From a virus (taxonomy: Duplodnaviria > Caudoviricetes), in IMG/VR virus record IMGVR_UViG_3300038557_000055, positions 1-60,193 of that record: a stretch of DNA of 60,193 bases; one strand, written 5' to 3'. The notes under the pieces were generated by a model that was given only the letters and a program-made list of their open reading frames with translations, did not search any database and was not told the origin of the DNA. The position numbers were made by a program, and so were the translations under genes. Positions 55,151 through 60,193 of the stretch are shown here, one piece after another. The stretch's first letter is position 1; each line of letters starts with the position of its first letter.

Positions 55151-55712
55151 TGTGATTTTCGACATTGCGACGATGGGGACGAGCCTAACCGCTGGTAGTG
55201 GAGCTTCCAGGAGTTTCCATAGTGATTTGGAAGCAGCTCTGATGCCAGGAAAGTCACGAAAGATACGAACCTACAACCACGGTATTCCTGGAGGATACAC
55301 TACCGACGGGATCGCCAGAGTTGCAGCCACTGTTGCGATGCGTGCGAAAGTTATCTTAGTCGAGTTCTCGATGAACGACTGCCTCAAGACGATGGCGGCC
55401 GCTCAAGCGGACGCGATAAACTTGCTGAACAGTCTTAAAGCCTCGTCTCCGTCTAGCGCGATCTTTCTTATGACGATGAACCCAGTCGTGGGATCTTCCA
55501 GCTCGGCGACGATAAGAGCAAATTTGCCATCGTATTATCAACTCTATCGGGACTTGGCACTCAGCCAAAACGTCGGACTGATTGACAGTTACCCAAGATG
55601 GTATGGCGTTGATCTGACTGAGATACCTGACGGAGTTCATCCAACACCATCAGCGAACAAGGTTCGTTTGATACCCGCGATCGCGGAAGCCTTGGCAGGT
55701 CTGATTGCCTAA
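55143..55712 (+). CDS. SGNH/GDSL hydrolase
   Basis: GTSLT, N.G.PG, MND, DGVHP blocks. Confidence 0.85.
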   Translation: MSDVIFDIATMGTSLTAGSGASRSFHSDLEAALMPGKSRKIRTYNHGIPGGYTTDGIARVAATVAMRAKVILVEFSMNDCLKTMAAAQADAINLLNSLKASSPSSAIFLMTMNPVVGSSSSATIRANLPSYYQLYRDLALSQNVGLIDSYPRWYGVDLTEIPDGVHPTPSANKVRLIPAIAEALAGLIA

Positions 55713-56023
55713 CAGGCGATCGTTGCAGTGTAGGTGACAGTGTTTCGGTTTCGCTCGATCGTGAGGTGAAACACGTGGGTAGAGCACAAACCTTGCTGCG
55801 CATGGATGCTCCGGTTGACAGCGTCGACGATATCTTCATTGGGGGATTGAAGTTCGATCGTACGCTTGATCTCGGTGCCTGGGCTGCCCATTTCATCGAC
55901 CCTGGTAGGTCTTGTGTAGTCGCCTTCAGCCGTTGGCCTTAGCACTCCGAAAGAGACGACCGCAGCGAATGCTATCGCTGAGTAAATGAAAATCTCAGGT
56001 TTGGTGATTGTCAGTCCCGCCAT
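55709..56023 (-). CDS. Membrane-anchored moron protein
   Basis: N-terminal TM IFIYSAIAFAAVVSFGVL; opposite strand; two Cys. Confidence 0.5.
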   Translation of the reverse strand: MAGLTITKPEIFIYSAIAFAAVVSFGVLRPTAEGDYTRPTRVDEMGSPGTEIKRTIELQSPNEDIVDAVNRSIHAQQGLCSTHVFHLTIERNRNTVTYTATIAC

Positions 56024-56184
56024 GGGCGAAGAATACCATTCTGCTTTGCGGTTTCCAAGGTCGGACCTCAATGCCATTACCGCGCTCGGCGTTCTGAAGT
56101 CGCTGATCAACGTTTACCGGGATGGTCTCGGCGGTCTGCTCAAGAAGCAGCCGCCAGTCGAGTAGTTTCATTCCTAAAGCATGA

Positions 56185-56508
56185 TTGAGCCGGGTTGCCT
56201 ACCGTCACGGTTACGATCTGACCGTTCGCGTCAATGCGAGCGGTAAGCGCTCTAACTTGTCAATTTGGGCAAACGACGAACGCATGATCTCTCTCTATGC
56301 CGGCAATACCGACTACGGCCGAGACATCCTTCTGAGAAATACTCAAATTCCCCTGTGTGCCGATGCCTATGCACGCATCAGCAACATCAACGGCTCGCAG
56401 AAGGTCGAAATCAAGCGCCTCGAAACGCTGTGGCAGAAAACCAAGCGCCTGCTCTGGTGCTTGATGCCCAGGTCAGAGAGCCAGGTAGTGGCCTCGGCTG
56501 ATCACTAA
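56185..56508 (+). CDS. Hypothetical protein (start uncertain)
   Basis: 107-aa ORF between fibre and lysis modules. Confidence 0.4.
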   Translation: MSRVAYRHGYDLTVRVNASGKRSNLSIWANDERMISLYAGNTDYGRDILLRNTQIPLCADAYARISNINGSQKVEIKRLETLWQKTKRLLWCLMPRSESQVVASADH

Positions 56509-56608
56509 AGACTGATCCTCAAATTTCTCGGCTGTTTCGCACGCAGTAGGGCGTAGCCACCGTGCTTTGCGCCTCGGCCGGGGCGCCCATCCTGAAAGGA
56601 CAACCCAC

Positions 56609-57619
56609 ATGAACAACGTGCCCGCCGGCGCGGTGATTTCGCTCGCGCTTATTCGATCGGTCGTCGGCAAGATGACCAAGGCCCAGACCGACAATGCCAC
56701 GAGTGTCGTCGTGGCGCTGCAGAACTATGGCGACGGGACCGGCCTCGATCAGCCGCATCGCCTCGCGCAGTATCTGGCCCAAACTACACACGAAAGCGGG
56801 GCGTTCGCGTATGACCGCGAGGTGTGGGGGCCGACGAAGGCCCAGAAAGGTTATGAGGGGCGCAAGGATCTAGGCAACACTCAGCCAGGTGACGGCAAGA
56901 GGTTCAGCGGACGAACCGGTATCCAGATCACTGGCCGCGCGAACACCCGCTCTTTCCGCGACTGGTGCCGCAAGCTAATGCCCGGCACATCGGTGCCTGT
57001 ACCGGATTTCGAGAGGAATCCCGACGCGATGCTGACCGATCCGTGGGAAGGCCTTGGCCCGATCTGGTATTGGGACACGCGCGGCCTGAACCGATACGCC
57101 GACCAGGGCGATATCGAAATGATCACCCGCAAGGTCAATGGCGGCACGAACGGGCTCGACGATCGCATCAAGTGGTATGCCCGCTATGCGCTGGTCATGC
57201 TCGGCTTCGGCCCGAATGACATCATCGCATTCCAGAAGAAGGCCGGCGTGAAGCTCGTTGATGGTGTTCCGGGTCCTCGCACCCGCGCAGCGCTCCACAA
57301 CGCGCTGGTGGCGCTCACAGCGCCAGTTCTGCAGGCTTCCGATGTTCAGGCGGCGCCGGTGGTCGAGGAGAAGGAGGTCGAGAAGCCGACCGTCCCGGAC
57401 GCCGTCGATCAGCAGGTGAAGGAAAAGGTCGACTGGTGGACCAAGCTTACCGGCGGCGGCGGCATCGGCGCGCTCGGCATCGGCGGCATCCTCGGCGCCG
57501 ATTGGCAGGCCATTCTCGCCGGCGGTCTGGTGCTGATCGTCGTCCTGATCGTGCTCCTCTGCCTTCGCCACCAGATCGTAGCGGCGGTTAACGAGATCCG
57601 CGGCGCCGTGGAGGGGTAG
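56609..57619 (+). CDS. Endolysin, GH19 chitinase-like, with PG-binding segment and C-terminal TM helices
   Basis: LAQ..HES, YEGRKDLGN.QPGDG.RF.GR..IQITGRAN, TRKVNGG.NG; DG..GP.T. Confidence 0.92.
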   Translation: MNNVPAGAVISLALIRSVVGKMTKAQTDNATSVVVALQNYGDGTGLDQPHRLAQYLAQTTHESGAFAYDREVWGPTKAQKGYEGRKDLGNTQPGDGKRFSGRTGIQITGRANTRSFRDWCRKLMPGTSVPVPDFERNPDAMLTDPWEGLGPIWYWDTRGLNRYADQGDIEMITRKVNGGTNGLDDRIKWYARYALVMLGFGPNDIIAFQKKAGVKLVDGVPGPRTRAALHNALVALTAPVLQASDVQAAPVVEEKEVEKPTVPDAVDQQVKEKVDWWTKLTGGGGIGALGIGGILGADWQAILAGGLVLIVVLIVLLCLRHQIVAAVNEIRGAVEG

Positions 57620-57623
57620 GGCG

Positions 57624-57917
57624 ATGGCAGCCATCATTCTCCTCGGAGCACGACTGCTCGGCGTCTCGCCTGCCGTCGCGAAGGTCATCACCATCATGCT
57701 CGCCATCGCCGCCGCCCTGAGCGCTGCCTGGGGCGGCTACGAGCTCATCAAGCACCGCGGAGCCGAAGAGGTCCGCGAGCAAATCCAGAAGGAAAACCAG
57801 AATGCGATACGCAAGGGCGGTGACGCCGGCCGGTCTTTTGATGACTGCCTTGCTGCTGGCGGGGTGTACGACTTCGCGCGTCAACGATGCCGCGACGTTC
57901 CGCGCAGCGATCGGTAA
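57624..57917 (+). CDS. i-spanin (Rz-like)
   Basis: N-terminal TM, periplasmic coil with Cys; overlapped by lipoprotein gene. Confidence 0.75.
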   Translation: MAAIILLGARLLGVSPAVAKVITIMLAIAAALSAAWGGYELIKHRGAEEVREQIQKENQNAIRKGGDAGRSFDDCLAAGGVYDFARQRCRDVPRSDR

Positions 57918-58068
57918 CTCGCTGGCCGGCGCACAAGGCAAGACGATCTCCGACCAGAACAAGATCGACCGCACCATGGCGCCGGGGTGCGCCGTCGGCA
58001 TCTACACCCGAGCAGAGTGCGATCGACACACCAACGCCAGCGCCGAACGGCGTTCGGAACTGAAGTAG
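57802..58068 (+). CDS. o-spanin (Rz1-like lipoprotein)
   Basis: Lipobox LLAGC; +1-frame overlap with i-spanin. Confidence 0.78.
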   Translation: MRYARAVTPAGLLMTALLLAGCTTSRVNDAATFRAAIGNSLAGAQGKTISDQNKIDRTMAPGCAVGIYTRAECDRHTNASAERRSELK

Positions 58069-58087
58069 CAGGCTGGGGAGAGGGGCA

Positions 58088-58423
58088 ATGTCTGAAGAAC
58101 CACCGGTGCCGCTGCGTCTACGTGATCTCGACGATGAAACCATCCTGTGGCTGGACCGGTTGGATTCAAAGCAAAGGGAGTCGTTGATATGGTGCGGCCA
58201 TCTCACACCCGAAGCTCGATCTCGTCTGGATCAGTTTCTCAAACTCGACGTCGAGAAATTCACGGCGGGCTTCAAGCTGGTCGAGCTCTGGACCAAGATA
58301 AGCTGGGTTCTCGGCCGCCTCGGTTGGCTCGGCAAGACGTCTGTGTGGATCATCATCACCGTCGCCAGCATCCTCGTGGCGCTTACCCAGATCATCGAAC
58401 ACTTAGCCAAGGTTCGCTCATGA
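58088..58423 (+). CDS. Holin-like membrane protein (putative)
   Basis: C-terminal TM; lysis cassette. Confidence 0.5.
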   Translation: MSEEPPVPLRLRDLDDETILWLDRLDSKQRESLIWCGHLTPEARSRLDQFLKLDVEKFTAGFKLVELWTKISWVLGRLGWLGKTSVWIIITVASILVALTQIIEHLAKVRS

Positions 58424-58506
58424 CAGGAGAGCGTACCCTCTACACGCTGGTCATCTGCCTCGATGTGCTGGTCGGCGTCTGGCTATGGCTGCAATTGGTC
58501 ACATAG
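58420..58506 (+). CDS. 28-aa membrane peptide
   Basis: ATGA coupling; hydrophobic. Confidence 0.4.
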   Translation: MTGERTLYTLVICLDVLVGVWLWLQLVT

Positions 58507-58529
58507 CATCATCTGGCAGGCCATTCTTC

Positions 58530-58560
58530 GCCCGCTCCGGTTCGCCGGGGCGGGTTTTTT
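58530..58560 (+). terminator. Late operon terminator
   Basis: GCCCGCTCCGG-TTCG-CCGGGGCGGGT-TTTTT. Confidence 0.85.
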
Positions 58561-58570
58561 ACGTTTCAGA

Positions 58571-58765
58571 CTAGCGCACCCGCTTATAAACATCGGACGG
58601 GTCATAAGGCGTCACGTCAATGATCGCCTCCAAATCCTCGGGGATCGTTTGTTTCTGCCCATTGAGCTCGATTGTGATCCGCCCGTCAACGACGCCGGCG
58701 CCAATCACTTTCACCAGGATTGTAAGGGTATCGCCGACACCGATTTTGCGCACAGTCTTCGCCAT
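58571..58765 (-). CDS. Small hypothetical protein
   Basis: MAKTVRKIGVGDTL. Confidence 0.5.
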   Translation of the reverse strand: MAKTVRKIGVGDTLTILVKVIGAGVVDGRITIELNGQKQTIPEDLEAIIDVTPYDPSDVYKRVR

Positions 58766-58812
58766 CGGAGCAAAATAGCGGCTATCAATCTCCTTGACGA
58801 GTCGCTGAGTTT

Positions 58813-58827
58813 GTTCTTTTTTCGTTC
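58813..58827 (+). promoter_or_regulatory. Alphaproteobacterial LexA box
   Basis: GTTC-TTTTTTC-GTTC 2 nt before ATG 58830; TTGACG at 58794. Confidence 0.8.
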
Positions 58828-58829
58828 CC

Positions 58830-59498
58830 ATGGAGATCGAGACGCTTGGCGACGCCTATACCCACTCTGTCGGGGTGAGGATGTATTGTGCCGAGGGGCC
58901 GCAAAACCAAGGCATGAAACGGAGCCGCGAGTGCCAGTTTAACAGCCAACTCGATATGATGACACTGGTTGCGACTCGAGGGCGGATGTTTCCCCTCGCA
59001 ATGCTGGCGTCTCGCCTACGATGCCCGCGATGCCACAGCGAACACATTCGTGTCAGGTTCGATTTCCCATCCCAGCCCACATCCAACTCTGCTCTCGGTG
59101 TCGCGGAAGATGTCGCCCGAGCGGCAGCGTATTCTTGGCAGGTGATGGCTATGGAGCTCAAACTTCCAGAAATCTCGTTCCCTCTGTCGATCGGCACCGT
59201 CGGCATCGTTCTCGCCACGGGCCACGAGATCCTTGCTCACTGCTGCACCAATGGATGTCGACATAACGGCCGGGTGAACCTGGTGAAGGTCGCAAGGAAG
59301 TCGCCGCTCGGTATGCAGCAGGGAACCTTGCGACACGAACTGCTGCCATTCGTGTTCTGCCCTGCTTGCGATGCAGCGGGCCGAGATCGAAAGAACCTTA
59401 ATTTCTCCCTTTGCATCCCAGAGCCACACTGCAGGCTGCCGCGCAAGGAGCACGAGCGGATGGAGATGGCAAAGCGTGCCAGGGGCGGGGAGAACTGA
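58830..59498 (+). CDS. Cys-rich protein with two zinc-binding-like modules
   Basis: C..EC..RLRCPRC and HCC..GCRH..FCPAC. Confidence 0.65.
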   Translation: MEIETLGDAYTHSVGVRMYCAEGPQNQGMKRSRECQFNSQLDMMTLVATRGRMFPLAMLASRLRCPRCHSEHIRVRFDFPSQPTSNSALGVAEDVARAAAYSWQVMAMELKLPEISFPLSIGTVGIVLATGHEILAHCCTNGCRHNGRVNLVKVARKSPLGMQQGTLRHELLPFVFCPACDAAGRDRKNLNFSLCIPEPHCRLPRKEHERMEMAKRARGGEN

Positions 59499-59500
59499 TT

Positions 59501-59788
59501 ATGGGCATCGACCTGCAGACCTCAATGCTATCGGCATATCCGGAAGAGAAGATCGAGGTGACATGCGACACCTGCATGCTGAGTGTCCGCTACGACAAGC
59601 TTGGGATGATTGAAGCGGGTGGCGATCGTCCGCTCGGGAAGCTCCTCGAATCGATCGTTCGGAGACATGGCTGCACGTTGAAGGAATCGGTGCCAGCGTT
59701 CGATAAATGCGGCGCTATCTACTCCAATCTGCCGCCCGAGAAACTGGCGCCGAGGGCGAACGCCTACGCCAAAGCCAAAGGCTTTTAG
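59501..59788 (+). CDS. Small Cys-rich protein
   Basis: VTCDTC...RYD...GC...CGAIY. Confidence 0.65.
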   Translation: MGIDLQTSMLSAYPEEKIEVTCDTCMLSVRYDKLGMIEAGGDRPLGKLLESIVRRHGCTLKESVPAFDKCGAIYSNLPPEKLAPRANAYAKAKGF

Positions 59789-59889
59789 AACCCGAACTGG
59801 CCGTGAAACGGATGAGAACGTACCGGCAATAACTGGCACGTTTCAGAGCGGCGAGTGACACGGCCCATTGATTTCATTGAGTTCGGAAG

Positions 59890-59936
59890 AGCCTTCCAAG
59901 CTGAATACGAGGGTTCGATTCCCTTCACCCGCTCCA
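59890..59936 (+). tRNA. 3' fragment of tRNA-Gly(TCC) = right att core of the prophage
   Basis: AGC-CTTCCAA-GCT anticodon arm, GAGGGTTCGATTCCCTT T-arm, ACCCGCTCCA end; 5' half/D-arm absent. Confidence 0.92.
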
Positions 59937-59954
59937 GTCCCTCCTATCGTCTGG

Positions 59955-59987
59955 AAAAATAAAGGCCGCGCAGAACGCGGCCTATAT
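59955..59987. terminator. Host hairpin terminator after the tRNA remnant
   Basis: AAAAATAA-AGGCCGCG-cagaa-CGCGGCCT. Confidence 0.6.
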
Positions 59988-60025
59988 CCTGTTGCGAGGG
60001 CGTCGCCGAAGAGACGCCTGGCTGG

Positions 60026-60193
60026 CTAGAACACCGCCAGATATTTGAGCAGCGACACGATGCCGATCAGAATCACGATGATCTGCACGATTTGCCGGAT
60101 GCGGCCGTCGAGCGGCAGCCGCTGCACGAGATAGAGCACGAGCACGATCACCAGGAAGGTGATCAGGATGCTGATCAGCATGGAAGAAGCCAT
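60026..60193 (-). CDS. Host small two-TM membrane protein (Thivi_2564-like)
   Basis: Manual translation MASSMLISILITFLVIVLVLYLVQRLPLDGRIRQIVQIIVILIGIVSLLKYLAVF. Confidence 0.75.
   Translation of the reverse strand: MASSMLISILITFLVIVLVLYLVQRLPLDGRIRQIVQIIVILIGIVSLLKYLAVF

Larger units (their letters stand above)
1..59936. mobile_element. Temperate prophage (HK97-type head, long non-contractile tail) integrated at tRNA-Gly; left end/integrase outside window
   Basis: Continuous set of CI/Cro, recombination, replication, terminase, portal, capsid, tail and lysis genes, ending at a tRNA 3' fragment. Confidence 0.96.

Noticed and set aside
17240-56600. Repeated GAAAGGA before many genes as a special motif
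   Set aside because: Explained as an extended Shine-Dalgarno complementary to the 16S 3' end
59890-59936. Functional tRNA gene
   Set aside because: 5' acceptor strand and D-arm are missing; it is an att remnant
1-60193. CRISPR or TIGR-like arrays
   Set aside because: No regularly spaced repeat-spacer units found; the junction repeats are irregular and lie in coding ends

Overview
Almost the whole window (1-59936) is a temperate, long-tailed (siphovirus-like) prophage with an HK97-type head, in a GC-rich alphaproteobacterial, probably rhizobial, host. Its right end is a 47-bp 3' remnant of tRNA-Gly(TCC). The integrase and left att site lie outside the window. Gene order is: leftward recombination operon (RecE-like, Sak4-like), CI/Cro switch, replication operon (GapR-like, MT-A70 methyltransferase, nuclease, RuvC-like, primase, DnaB, GcrA-like), two divergent accessory early operons flanking a probable cos site (~24.3 kb), HNH-terminase-head-tail genes, lysis genes, and LexA-boxed cargo. 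The most notable observations are: (i) an RlmN/Cfr-type radical-SAM methyltransferase with all catalytic motifs, near the head of an early operon that also encodes an ARC/Mpa-like AAA ATPase and a J-domain protein; (ii) two or three unannotated, extensively base-paired non-coding elements, two with apparent pseudoknots (5.2-5.4 kb and 31.65-31.88 kb) plus one at 9.2 kb; (iii) a 13-bp ATCC-N5-GGAT operator overlapping four promoters spread over 19 kb; (iv) a cos-like site 7.5 kb from the packaging genes; (v) recurrent stop-RBS-start junction repeats; (vi) a Tat-like small protein carrying a copy of the tail-tip C-terminal motif. All assignments come from motif recognition and by-eye pairing. 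No database searches or folding computations were run.
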